Assembly (NCBI GenBank): GCA_964599325.1
Contig: CAZREM010000001.1
Span: 43,587-107,586, forward strand
From: an uncultured Verrucomicrobiales bacterium
GTDB lineage: Bacteria > Verrucomicrobiota > Verrucomicrobiia > Verrucomicrobiales > Akkermansiaceae
Length of the DNA stretch: 64,000 bases
Reading direction: 5' to 3'
Both the position numbers and the translations under genes were made by a program. Below are positions 7,056 through 15,501 of the stretch, piece by piece. Every line of letters starts with the position of its first letter. Position 1 is the first letter of the stretch. The notes under the pieces were generated by a model. The model was given only the letters and a program-made list of their open reading frames with translations, searched no databases and was not told the origin of the DNA.

Positions 7056-8528
7056 TTAAAGATCCGCTAGTGCCTCAGCGAAGGTTTTTAGCAACGAATC
7101 AATGGGTTCCACTCCCACGCTCACGCGAATCAAGTTCTGGGAAACCCCGCAGCCCTCAGCCCAATCTAATTCTTGATAATGCGCCAGTAAGGTGTATGGG
7201 CAAGCTAACGTGAAAGATGTGCCAAAGCTGGGGCCTTTGCACACGGCAAGAGCATCATAGAACTTCGCCGTTTTTTTGGGATTCTTCAGGACAAATGACA
7301 ACAACGCGCCATAACCTCCATCTGGATTCTTGATGCGATCATATTCCTCGCGACAAGTAAAAGCGGGATACCAGATTTTTTCCACGGCCGCGTGTTGATG
7401 CAGATAGGTGGCAAGTGCTAAGCCGTTTTCGTTATGCAAATGTTGACGCTGCGGTAGATCCTTCAAATAGCTGAGCAACTGAATCGCATCCGCCACATAG
7501 AGTGGAGAGCATTCGGCACCTTCTCCCGCCAAGCCAACGGCAAATTCAGCGGCAAAAGCACTGGATTCCCGGATGCAAGCCATGCCTGCCATGACGTCGC
7601 CTTGTCCCGAAACCCATTTCGTCAAGCTCGTTGTGACGACATCCGCATACTTCAACAAACTCACATTGCCCGGACAACCCGTGGAATCGTCTACAATCAA
7701 CGGCGTTCCACTACTTTGACACGCCTCCGCGACACGAACCAAATCAATGGTTCGAAGCAACGGATTACTGGGAACTTCGGTAAACACACCTGCAAACTCG
7801 CCTTGGCGTATGCGTTGGATCGCTTCATCGAACGACTCCCCGTGCGCCGCATTGAGAAAAACCACCCCACTGCCAAACATTTCTTGCACTTTGAGGCAAT
7901 CGACATATGGAAATTCCAATTGCAATGTTTTCTTACCTGTGCGCGCGCGCGGCAAACTGCGCACGACTGCGGTGCATGCAGCCATCCCACTGCAAAACAC
8001 AAATACCATCTGAGGATCAATGCCGTGAATCTTCGCCAACTTCGAACGTAGAATGCGGAATCTCGATTGTGGCAGCGGCTTTTCATCGAGAATGTTCATC
8101 GCCTGACGACTGCTCACCACCTCTCCTGTGAATCTCCAGTAATCGAATGCTGTTTGCAGCGCCTTTTCATTGACGACCAGAGCCTGCAAGCCATGAAAAC
8201 TAGCGATGCGAGTCGCAGACTCCGTCTTCCGTTCAACGAAGCGCTGCGCGCGTTGAGCGCTGACGCGAGTCGGAAAAACAACTACCGACTCATTCTCTGC
8301 AGCGGTGACCTCTTGTCTCGCCCTTTCGAATAATCGCAAGACCTGTGGATGCCGAAAAAACCGAGGATAGCCCAAACGCATTTTTCGCAGAACTCGCTCC
8401 CGCCCTTCCTCGTAATCCAGAATCGATTTCCAAGTTGGCAAACAAACAGAAACAGCATGTTCAGTATCAGGCAGCGGCAAACCTAAATCCTCTTCTGTCC
8501 AGGCTGGTTTGTTGAGCAAGTCGCGCAT
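7056..8528 (-). CDS. Cys/Met-metabolism PLP-dependent enzyme (cystathionine gamma-synthase-like) with an N-terminal extension
   Basis: 490-aa ORF. PLP-lysine region TTSLTKWVSGQGDVMAG is typical of the trans-sulfuration family. The N-terminal roughly 110 aa carry a GYPRFF motif seen in long CGS-like proteins. Confidence 0.75.
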   Translation of the reverse strand: MRDLLNKPAWTEEDLGLPLPDTEHAVSVCLPTWKSILDYEEGRERVLRKMRLGYPRFFRHPQVLRLFERARQEVTAAENESVVVFPTRVSAQRAQRFVERKTESATRIASFHGLQALVVNEKALQTAFDYWRFTGEVVSSRQAMNILDEKPLPQSRFRILRSKLAKIHGIDPQMVFVFCSGMAACTAVVRSLPRARTGKKTLQLEFPYVDCLKVQEMFGSGVVFLNAAHGESFDEAIQRIRQGEFAGVFTEVPSNPLLRTIDLVRVAEACQSSGTPLIVDDSTGCPGNVSLLKYADVVTTSLTKWVSGQGDVMAGMACIRESSAFAAEFAVGLAGEGAECSPLYVADAIQLLSYLKDLPQRQHLHNENGLALATYLHQHAAVEKIWYPAFTCREEYDRIKNPDGGYGALLSFVLKNPKKTAKFYDALAVCKGPSFGTSFTLACPYTLLAHYQELDWAEGCGVSQNLIRVSVGVEPIDSLLKTFAEALADL

Positions 8529-8734
8529 CGTGGCAGATGCTATAATTCAGTTAATCGATACATTCAAGGCAAAATCTCCTTCTGCTAAGGATCAAATCAC
8601 CGATTCGCAGTGGAATGATGAACGAACAAAATAATGATAGAAATTCATTAGACAAATACGACAAACGTGTTCGTTTTTCTGATTGCAGTTGCATGCTCAG
8701 CAAGTGCGAGGTTTTTCTCAAATGATAAAATGCC

Positions 8735-9466
8735 ATGATTGAAGCGATAAATCTATCAAAAAAATTTGGTTCCAAGTCTGCTGTGAATGATCTTTCTTTC
8801 ACGGTCAAACCCGGAGATGTGTTAGGATTCCTTGGTCCTAACGGTGCAGGAAAATCGACAACCATGCGCATGATCACTGGATTCATCAATCCAAGCGGTG
8901 GCGACGCCCTCATCTGCGGTCACTCCATCACGAACGCGACTGAGGCGGCGAAGCGGTGCATTGGCTATCTCCCGGAATCAGCGCCACTGTATGATGACAT
9001 GACAGTCAGCAGTTTCCTGCAATTCTGCGCCGATGTGCGTGAGCTAAAAGGTTCCGAAAAAAAGCGCGCTGTTGAGTCTGCGATAGAAACGTGCTTTCTA
9101 CAATCTGTTGCTTATCAGTCGATTCAAACACTCTCAAAAGGCTTTCGTCATCGCACATGTCTTGCTCAGGCCATTTTACATGACCCGCCAGTGTTGATTT
9201 TGGATGAGCCAACCGATGGGTTGGATCCGAACCAAAAATATGAGGTGCGACAGCTCATTGCGAAATTGGGACAAACCAAGACTATTTTATTTTCCACACA
9301 CATCTTGGAAGAAGTTGAGGCAGTGTGCACACGCGCAGTGATCGTTGATCGTGGAACCATTGTGGCAGATGGCTCTCCCGCTGAGTTACAAGCTCGCACG
9401 CAATCTGGTTCCCTGCTGGAGCTTTTCCGCAAGATCACGACGGAGGACACCACGGCTGCCGCGTAA
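8735..9466 (+). CDS. ABC transporter ATP-binding protein (GldA-like, ABC-2 type)
   Basis: Walker A GPNGAGKSTT, signature LSKGFRHR, Walker B VLILDEPTDGLD. First gene of a four-gene module. Confidence 0.9.
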   Translation: MIEAINLSKKFGSKSAVNDLSFTVKPGDVLGFLGPNGAGKSTTMRMITGFINPSGGDALICGHSITNATEAAKRCIGYLPESAPLYDDMTVSSFLQFCADVRELKGSEKKRAVESAIETCFLQSVAYQSIQTLSKGFRHRTCLAQAILHDPPVLILDEPTDGLDPNQKYEVRQLIAKLGQTKTILFSTHILEEVEAVCTRAVIVDRGTIVADGSPAELQARTQSGSLLELFRKITTEDTTAAA

Positions 9467-9493
9467 ACTCAATCAAATCAATCATTCATTCTC

Positions 9494-10228
9494 ATGAAAC
9501 ACGTTAAAACAATTTTGAAGCGTGAGCTGTTATCTTACTTCACGCAACCTACGGCATACGCAATTATTCTAATTTTCATCATTATTTCTTTGCTGTTCAA
9601 TTTCACCTTCGGCCGCTTCATGATGGCAGGTGATGCGAGCTTGGAGTGGTCATTTCTCTACTGGCATCCGTGGCTTTACATGCTGCTTGCTCCTGCCGTT
9701 GGCATGAAACTTTGGTCAGACGAGAAGAAAAATGGCACGATTGAGCTGCTAGGAACGTTTCCTATCCCGCAGTGGTCAACCATCATCGGAAAATATCTTG
9801 CTGCGGCAACCGTCTGGCTTGTGGCACTCGTGCTCACCTTCCCGCTTGTGATTACCGTCAATTATCTTGGCGACCCCGATAATGGTCGCATTCTATCTGG
9901 ATTCATCGGTTCATATCTCACATGCTGCGTGTTTTTAGCGATCACCATGCTGGTCTCAGCGTGCTCGCGCGACCAGGTCGTTTGCTTGATCGTCTCCGTC
10001 GCTGTGTGTGTGATGATGGTCCTTTGTGGGTATGAAGACATCATCCGAGAGGTTACGAAGTTGCGACTCGACACTCTCACCGAGGCCATGGTCACTCTGG
10101 GGGTGTGGGATCATTTTCGATCGCTGACACGTGGGTTGTTTCGCTATCAGGATATGATTTGGTTCGCCTCGATCATTGTGACCTGTCTCGTCGGAACATC
10201 AGCTATCTTATCCGCCAAACGTGCCTAA
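9494..10228 (+). CDS. ABC-2 family transporter permease (GldF-like)
   Basis: 244-aa polytopic membrane protein immediately after the ATPase, with ABC-2 type topology (about 6 TM helices). Confidence 0.8.
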   Translation: MKHVKTILKRELLSYFTQPTAYAIILIFIIISLLFNFTFGRFMMAGDASLEWSFLYWHPWLYMLLAPAVGMKLWSDEKKNGTIELLGTFPIPQWSTIIGKYLAAATVWLVALVLTFPLVITVNYLGDPDNGRILSGFIGSYLTCCVFLAITMLVSACSRDQVVCLIVSVAVCVMMVLCGYEDIIREVTKLRLDTLTEAMVTLGVWDHFRSLTRGLFRYQDMIWFASIIVTCLVGTSAILSAKRA

Positions 10229-10249
10229 TCATTCATCACCTTTTTCACT

Positions 10250-12175
10250 ATGAAATCTCATCAGTTGAACAATCCCATTACTAGAGCTGGATTAGGAATT
10301 GCCGCGCTCATCCTGATCATCTTTTTATCAAACTGGCTCATTTCACTCACCTCATTCGGCACAAAGGGCGCCGACTTCACCGAAGATAAAATTCACACGT
10401 TATCTCCCGGAACCAAGAATATACTAAAAAAACTTGACGCACCTGTAACGATTCGTTTTTACGCATCACGCAAGACAGAAGCGCTGCCGCGCGAGACCAA
10501 GTTATTCATCAAACGGGTGGACGATCTGTTGAAAGAATACGTTCAGCTGTCCAATGGCAAATTGCGCGTCGAAAACTTGGATCCCCAGCCCGACACCGAT
10601 GCGGAGGATTCAGCCAACTTAGACGGCATCCAGGCGCAGACGATTGCACAATATGAAAATGCAGCCCTTGGTTTAGCCATCAGCTGTTTGGATCAAACGA
10701 CACGCATCAACATCGATCCTTTCGATGTCAACGCACTGGATGATCAAGAAACGATGTTTGAATACAATGTATCGAGATCAATCAGCGAAGTCTCAGCAGT
10801 GGAAAAACCAGTGTTAGCGATCATGTCGCCCTTAACTCTCAAGGCGTCGCCAGCGATGATGCCGGGACAGCCATCACAGCAAGGCTGGGTGATGTATCAA
10901 CAGCTGTCGCAAACCTTTAAAGTCAAGGATTTGGAAATGTCAGTTACCGAAATTCCCAGTGAAGTAAAAGTTCTGATGTTGATTCATCCGGCGGGCATCA
11001 CCCCCGCGACAGAATTCGCGATTGATCAATTTCTGCTGAAAGGAGGCACGTTGGTGGCTTGTCTTGATCCCTATTCTTTTGAAGCAGCACAATCAGGCGG
11101 TGGCAATCCCATGATGCGCTCTGCCGGAATTCCAACATCATCGACGTTGCCGACATTGTTGCCCGCGTGGAAAATCAATTTCGAATCAACTCGCTCGCTC
11201 GCTGATGGCAAATATCGCACCATGCTACGCGGCAATCAGCCGGGCTACGCCATTCTCAGCTTACCGAAAGAAGCCTTAGTCGACCGTGAAAATGTGGTGA
11301 CTAAGAGCATTAATGACTTGTTTTTTGTTCTCTCTGGTGGTTTCACCAATCAAGGGGGCAATGGTCTCAATGTGTCTAGTCTAGTGCGCAGTTCAGATCA
11401 AGCGGGTTTTGTGAACAGCGAACAAGCCGCACAGTTCAGCCCGAACTTGGTCATCAGCGATCGTCGTCAATACGATCTGGTCATGCACATCAGCGGCAAA
11501 TTCAAGTCAGCATTCCCCGATGGTGATCCTTCGAAGAAAAAAGACGATTCCAAGAAAGACGAAAAAGAAGAAACCAAGCCAAAAGACAATCAATCCGCTG
11601 ATTCGCTCAAGGAAGCCAGCAGCACTGGTAATGTGTTTCTGATTGCCGATACTGATGCTTTCTCGAACCAAGGCGCCTACCGCATCCAAAATCTCGGTGG
11701 CATGCAAGCTGCCATGCCCTACAACGGAAATTCTGCGTTGCTGCTGAATGTGATTGATCAAGCTGCATCTTCATCTGACCTGATCGGAGCGCGCAGTCGT
11801 GCATCAAGCCGACGTCCCTTCACTCTGATTCGCGAAATGGAAGCACGCGCCGAACAAAAGGTAGGCGATGAAATTGCTAGTTACCGTAAGGAAGAAGAAG
11901 CAGCGGGACAGCGGCTCAATGAATTGCAAATGCAAAAATCTAACAGCAAAGATCTGTATGCTTCACCGGAACAAGAAGCTGAAATCAAGAAGCTGCGTCA
12001 GCAGCAAGTGGAATTTGCGCGTAAAATTCGTGACAAACAAAAAGACCTCAAACGTGATAAAGATCAGCTGAGTGCCAATCTCACATTGCTCAACCTAGCA
12101 GTGGTCCCAACAGGTATCTTGCTTGCTGGCATCGGCGTTGCGACGTCCCGTCGCAAAAAAGTCCGCGCGCGATAA
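10250..12175 (+). CDS. GldG-like ABC transport auxiliary component
   Basis: 641-aa ORF. N-terminal TM, the pattern VTIRFYAS...LDPQPDTDAEDSANLDGI typical of GldG-family proteins, then a C-terminal coiled coil, a TM helix and a basic tail. Confidence 0.75.
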   Translation: MKSHQLNNPITRAGLGIAALILIIFLSNWLISLTSFGTKGADFTEDKIHTLSPGTKNILKKLDAPVTIRFYASRKTEALPRETKLFIKRVDDLLKEYVQLSNGKLRVENLDPQPDTDAEDSANLDGIQAQTIAQYENAALGLAISCLDQTTRINIDPFDVNALDDQETMFEYNVSRSISEVSAVEKPVLAIMSPLTLKASPAMMPGQPSQQGWVMYQQLSQTFKVKDLEMSVTEIPSEVKVLMLIHPAGITPATEFAIDQFLLKGGTLVACLDPYSFEAAQSGGGNPMMRSAGIPTSSTLPTLLPAWKINFESTRSLADGKYRTMLRGNQPGYAILSLPKEALVDRENVVTKSINDLFFVLSGGFTNQGGNGLNVSSLVRSSDQAGFVNSEQAAQFSPNLVISDRRQYDLVMHISGKFKSAFPDGDPSKKKDDSKKDEKEETKPKDNQSADSLKEASSTGNVFLIADTDAFSNQGAYRIQNLGGMQAAMPYNGNSALLLNVIDQAASSSDLIGARSRASSRRPFTLIREMEARAEQKVGDEIASYRKEEEAAGQRLNELQMQKSNSKDLYASPEQEAEIKKLRQQQVEFARKIRDKQKDLKRDKDQLSANLTLLNLAVVPTGILLAGIGVATSRRKKVRAR

Positions 12176-12201
12176 TCCAACCCATTAACCAACAATCATC
12201 C

Positions 12202-13425
12202 ATGTCGAAAAAAACAATTTTGATCCTCTGGGCTGTGGTTGCCATCTTGGCACTCGGTGTTTTCTCGTTATCGTCACAGCGCAAAGACAATGGCGAAGCC
12301 AGGACGGAGCGCAGTCGCGGCCAAACCTTACTGAAAGAATTCCCTGCCTCCTCCGTGAAGCGCATCGTGATTTCTTCTACGACTGATTCGGTGACATTGC
12401 AAAAAAATGCCTCGAATTGGCAAGTGACGGAACGGCAGAACTATCCTGCGAATGTGGCAAATGTGAACCATTTGCTGCGAACCGTTGAAGAAGTCAAAAT
12501 CACCAATTGCATCGAAGCTGGTGCCACATACGCTAAGCGATTTGGCGTCGATGACACATCCAAAGATTCAGCGGAGCATGGCACCCAATACCAGTTTCAA
12601 GACGAAAACGGACAGCTGATCGCAGCGATTGCTGTGGGCAAAGACTCTGAAGGTGGAGGACGTTTCATTCGCAACAAAAACGACAATTCTGGTGTCTATG
12701 TCACGCAGGAAAGTTTTTCTGTTTATGGTGCTGAACCGAAATCATGGTTAGATGAGGACTTCATCAATGTCAACGAGATCAAATCGATTACTATCAGCAA
12801 GCAAGGATCCGTCGCGGAACAGGAATGGAAAGTCGCGCGTCAGGACGCTAATTCTGAGCTAGAACTCACTGATAAAAAGCCGGAAGAGAAAATGAACCCG
12901 AATGTTGGAGCTGGCTTGAAAGGGTTGTTTTCATATGCTCGTTTTCAGGATTTAATCGACAATCAATCGCAAGAGCGTTTGGCTAAAGCGAAAAATCGCC
13001 GAGTGGCCACTTTGGAAACATTTAAGGGTTTCACTTATAAGTTAACCTTTGCACCAAAAAGCGATCTCGATCAGCCAAATGAAACGAAGGACAACAAAGA
13101 GGCATCGAGCCAGAATGATGAAGCCTATGCTCTGAGTCTTGAGGTCAGCGCCACGTTTGCGAAGGAGCGCACAAAGGCCGATAAAGAGACCGAGGAAGAG
13201 GCCAAGACCAAAGACAAGGAATTTCAGGATAATCTGAAGAAATTGGAAGATCAGCTCGCGAAGGAGCAACAATTACAGAAGAAGATCTACGAAATCAGCA
13301 AGAACACGGTGGAAACGTTATTGAAGTCACGCGCCGACTTGATTGAAGCGCCAACCAGCGCGAATGCCGCAGATTCAGCTGGACGCAGTGAAGCCGTCAC
13401 GCCTCCTCTGCAGATCCAACAGTGA
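12202..13425 (+). CDS. DUF4340-like protein associated with the GldAFG-type ABC module
   Basis: 407-aa ORF with N-terminal TM/signal anchor (ILILWAVVAILALGVF). The position after gldG-like matches the common gldA-gldF-gldG-DUF4340 arrangement. The C-terminal region is charged and low in complexity. Confidence 0.6.
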   Translation: MSKKTILILWAVVAILALGVFSLSSQRKDNGEARTERSRGQTLLKEFPASSVKRIVISSTTDSVTLQKNASNWQVTERQNYPANVANVNHLLRTVEEVKITNCIEAGATYAKRFGVDDTSKDSAEHGTQYQFQDENGQLIAAIAVGKDSEGGGRFIRNKNDNSGVYVTQESFSVYGAEPKSWLDEDFINVNEIKSITISKQGSVAEQEWKVARQDANSELELTDKKPEEKMNPNVGAGLKGLFSYARFQDLIDNQSQERLAKAKNRRVATLETFKGFTYKLTFAPKSDLDQPNETKDNKEASSQNDEAYALSLEVSATFAKERTKADKETEEEAKTKDKEFQDNLKKLEDQLAKEQQLQKKIYEISKNTVETLLKSRADLIEAPTSANAADSAGRSEAVTPPLQIQQ

Positions 13426-13450
13426 CGCTCTCTCTCAGTTTAGACTCAAT

Positions 13451-13483
13451 CGCCGCGGTGATCCACATGTGGACACAGCGGCG
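13451..13483. terminator. Hairpin between convergent genes (possible bidirectional terminator)
   Basis: Outer stem cgccgc/gcggcg encloses the palindrome tccacatgtgga. It lies between the DUF4340 gene (ends 13425) and truB (ends 13563). There is no clear U-tract. Confidence 0.3.
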
Positions 13484-13539
13484 AGGAATGGGCAACCTGC
13501 GAACATGCTGCCAAAAAGCGAACGCATGATCATCCATTT

Positions 13540-13569
13540 AGCGCAACTCAAAGGAGCGCAACTCAAAGG
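13540..13569. repeat. Perfect 15-bp tandem duplication (agcgcaactcaaagg x2) spanning the truB stop codon
   Basis: Read directly. It is also visible as AQLKGAQLKG in the plus-strand shadow ORF. The second copy contains the last truB codons and the stop (ggc ctt tga on the minus strand). Confidence 0.9.
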
Positions 13570-14294
13570 CCACGCATCAGTGAAATTTCGGCCAAGCTAA
13601 TGAGAGAGGTCAGCAAATGCTCGCGCGGCATTTGCTTGAGATCATCGACCGTCACAGCGCGATCCAAATTGAATTTTCCCGAACGCGTCCGCCGCAAGGC
13701 GGATAAATGAGCCCCGCAGCCCAAGGACTCACCAATGTCATGAGCGTAAGTTCTAACGTAAAAGCCTTTGCTGCATTCGACTTCGAAACTAATTTCTGGT
13801 AACGTGACATCGTCAATGCGGTAGCTCATGACCTTGACAGGACGCATCTTGCGTTCAATCTCTTGACCCTTGCGTGCCATTTTGTAGAGCGGCACTCCTT
13901 GAACTTTGATGGCGGAAACCATGGGGGGCAATTGTTCAAAATCGCCAACAAAACGATCAAAGGCTGCGGTGATCTCCTCCCTCGTGAGTTGCGGCACCGC
14001 TCTCTCCTGAGTTATAGTCCCCTCGCTATCCTGAGAACTCGTTGAGACACCAAGCACCATCTTGCCACGATAGCACTTGTTCTCACTCATCAGCAAATCC
14101 TGGATCTTTGTGGCTCTTCCAACGACCAACATTAGCAATCCCGTTGCCATCGGATCCAATGTGCCACAATGACCAATTTTCTTCGTATTCAACGCGCGCC
14201 GAGCAATCGCCACCACATCGTGCGATGTCATTCCAGGCGCCTTGTCAACCACCAATACCCCACTGGGTCCCTGATATCCGTCGTCAGCTCTCAT
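13563..14294 (-). CDS. truB: tRNA pseudouridine(55) synthase
   Basis: 243-aa ORF. Catalytic Asp motif GHCGTLDPMATGLL, then VPLYKMARKG and a PUA-less short form. It overlaps the upstream nrnA-like gene by 11 nt. Confidence 0.92.
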   Translation of the reverse strand: MRADDGYQGPSGVLVVDKAPGMTSHDVVAIARRALNTKKIGHCGTLDPMATGLLMLVVGRATKIQDLLMSENKCYRGKMVLGVSTSSQDSEGTITQERAVPQLTREEITAAFDRFVGDFEQLPPMVSAIKVQGVPLYKMARKGQEIERKMRPVKVMSYRIDDVTLPEISFEVECSKGFYVRTYAHDIGESLGCGAHLSALRRTRSGKFNLDRAVTVDDLKQMPREHLLTSLISLAEISLMRGL

Positions 14295-15303
14295 GCAAAT
14301 GCAACGTCTGTCTTAAAACTTCTTTTAACGCGTCATTCACTTGCTGACGCGCACTTTCCAGGCCGCCCGGCATGCGGATGCCAGCCGCCATTTGATGCCC
14401 CCCACCGCCAAAGCGCATCGCCACTTGACAAACATCAACGGCACGCTCCTTCGAGCGAAGCGACACTCGAATCTTGCCATCGACCATCTCCTCAAAAAAC
14501 ACGGCGACACGCACTCCACTAATCCCGCGAATGATATCGATCAAGCCCTCGCTGTCTTCTAGCTGCAAGGCCAAACGCACCTGAGTAGCGTAATCCAGTT
14601 GCCACCATGCCAACTGCCCGTCCGCTTCTAATTGCAAACTCATCAACAAGGTGCGTAACAATTCGATGCGACGGAAAGGCTGATTATCATACGTCAGGGC
14701 ATTAATCTCACCAACTTTTAATCCCTGTTCCACCAAATCTGCTGCCATGCGATAAGTGGCCGCTGAGGTGGAATCATACTGAAATGAACCTGTATCCGTT
14801 GAAACCGCAACATACAAAGCATCGCGCGCTGCAGGTGGCAATGGCCACATACAAGACTTGATCAATTGATAAACGATTTGCCCAGCCGCTGGACTCGCGA
14901 CATCAATGTGATTCATGTCACCATAGCCGGGGTTCGAAACATGGTGATCGAGATTCAGCCACGTCGGCGCCGAGACCGACGCCAAGCAACGGACCCCAAG
15001 ACGCTCGCGCGTGGCCGTGTCCAAACAAATGACAACATCCGCTTGCAGCAATTCCACCGGCGGCGTGGTCACGCGATGTGACTCGGGCAAGAAACGCAAG
15101 TGATGAGGCACGCCGTCCTCATTCCACATCCAAACCTGCTTGCCGAGCGCCTCCAATGCCAACCCGAGTCCGAGCTGTGAACCGATGGCATCGCCATCCG
15201 GACGCACATGGCTCAGTAATACAAAACGATGATTTCTTTCGATCAACGCAGCAATCTCGGCATATGTGACGTTTTCCATCATCTTGGGAGAAACATCATA
15301 CAT
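14284..15303 (-). CDS. nrnA: DHH-family bifunctional oligoribonuclease / pAp phosphatase NrnA
   Basis: Motifs SHVRPDGDAIGS, DTA, NLDHHVSN (DHH) and the DHHA1 GGGGH motif (RFGGGGHQMAAG). The start is trimmed from 15405 to Met at 15303 (15282 or 15279 also possible), because the longer version overlaps the divergent gene's promoter region. Confidence 0.85.
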   Translation of the reverse strand: MYDVSPKMMENVTYAEIAALIERNHRFVLLSHVRPDGDAIGSQLGLGLALEALGKQVWMWNEDGVPHHLRFLPESHRVTTPPVELLQADVVICLDTATRERLGVRCLASVSAPTWLNLDHHVSNPGYGDMNHIDVASPAAGQIVYQLIKSCMWPLPPAARDALYVAVSTDTGSFQYDSTSAATYRMAADLVEQGLKVGEINALTYDNQPFRRIELLRTLLMSLQLEADGQLAWWQLDYATQVRLALQLEDSEGLIDIIRGISGVRVAVFFEEMVDGKIRVSLRSKERAVDVCQVAMRFGGGGHQMAAGIRMPGGLESARQQVNDALKEVLRQTLHLHES

Positions 15304-15501
15304 CAGGCAGTCCCCTGCGTGGCAAGCATAAATTGCGAATCGTTCCAGCAGATGCCAAGCCACATGCCCAACGCAGGCATGTGGACAAGCTGTTCCACGA
15401 AGCATTCAATCGACCCGTGCACAGTCGGTGCTGCATGCGTAACCGAGATTTTTTTGAAAAAACACATTGATTCGCTGCGCCGCGACGTTCCTATTGATGC
15501 C

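Noticed and set aside
8529-8734. A SAM or other riboswitch in the 206-nt leader of the Cys/Met-metabolism PLP enzyme gene.
   Set aside because: I read the minus-strand leader by eye. It has none of the SAM-I hallmarks (AGAGGG, GGTGCTAA, paired CTTATC/GATAAG) and no obvious SAM-II pseudoknot strings. It contains only a weak AU-rich inverted repeat (aacgaaca/tgttcgtt). An Infernal scan would be needed to be sure.
8551-8913. 120-aa minus-strand ORF containing DFPAPLGP, overlapping the start of the ABC ATPase gene.
   Set aside because: This is the well-known antisense shadow of the Walker A region of ABC ATPases. It also runs through the divergent promoter region. The plus-strand ATPase has all canonical motifs.
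9166-9453. 95-aa minus-strand ORF with SVGSSKINTGGS. A similar plus-strand ORF lies at 33773-34042 (PAVGSSKINNRGS).
   Set aside because: Both are antisense shadows of the Walker B / D-loop regions of the two ABC ATPase genes and are not independent genes.
13540-13569. The tandem repeats at 13540-13569 and 53364-53399 as a possible mini CRISPR array or minisatellite.
   Set aside because: There are only two copies each, directly abutting with no spacers. The units are 15 and 18 bp with no dyad symmetry, and no cas genes are present. They are simple slippage duplications.
15320-15337. A sigma-54 promoter-like tggcaagcataaattgcg upstream of the M16 peptidase gene. It is attractive because rpoN is in the window.
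   Set aside because: The GG and GC elements are 14 nt apart instead of the invariant 12 (TGGCAC-N5-TTGC), so it does not fit the -24/-12 geometry.
15229-15501. A 91-codon N-terminal extension of the M16 peptidase ORF, and the reciprocal 15304-15405 extension of nrnA, which overlap each other on opposite strands.
   Set aside because: The extensions contain no recognisable protein sequence. The M16 signal anchor begins right after the Met at 15502, and the NrnA conserved core begins right after the Met at 15303/15279. Trimming yields a normal 198-bp divergent promoter region.
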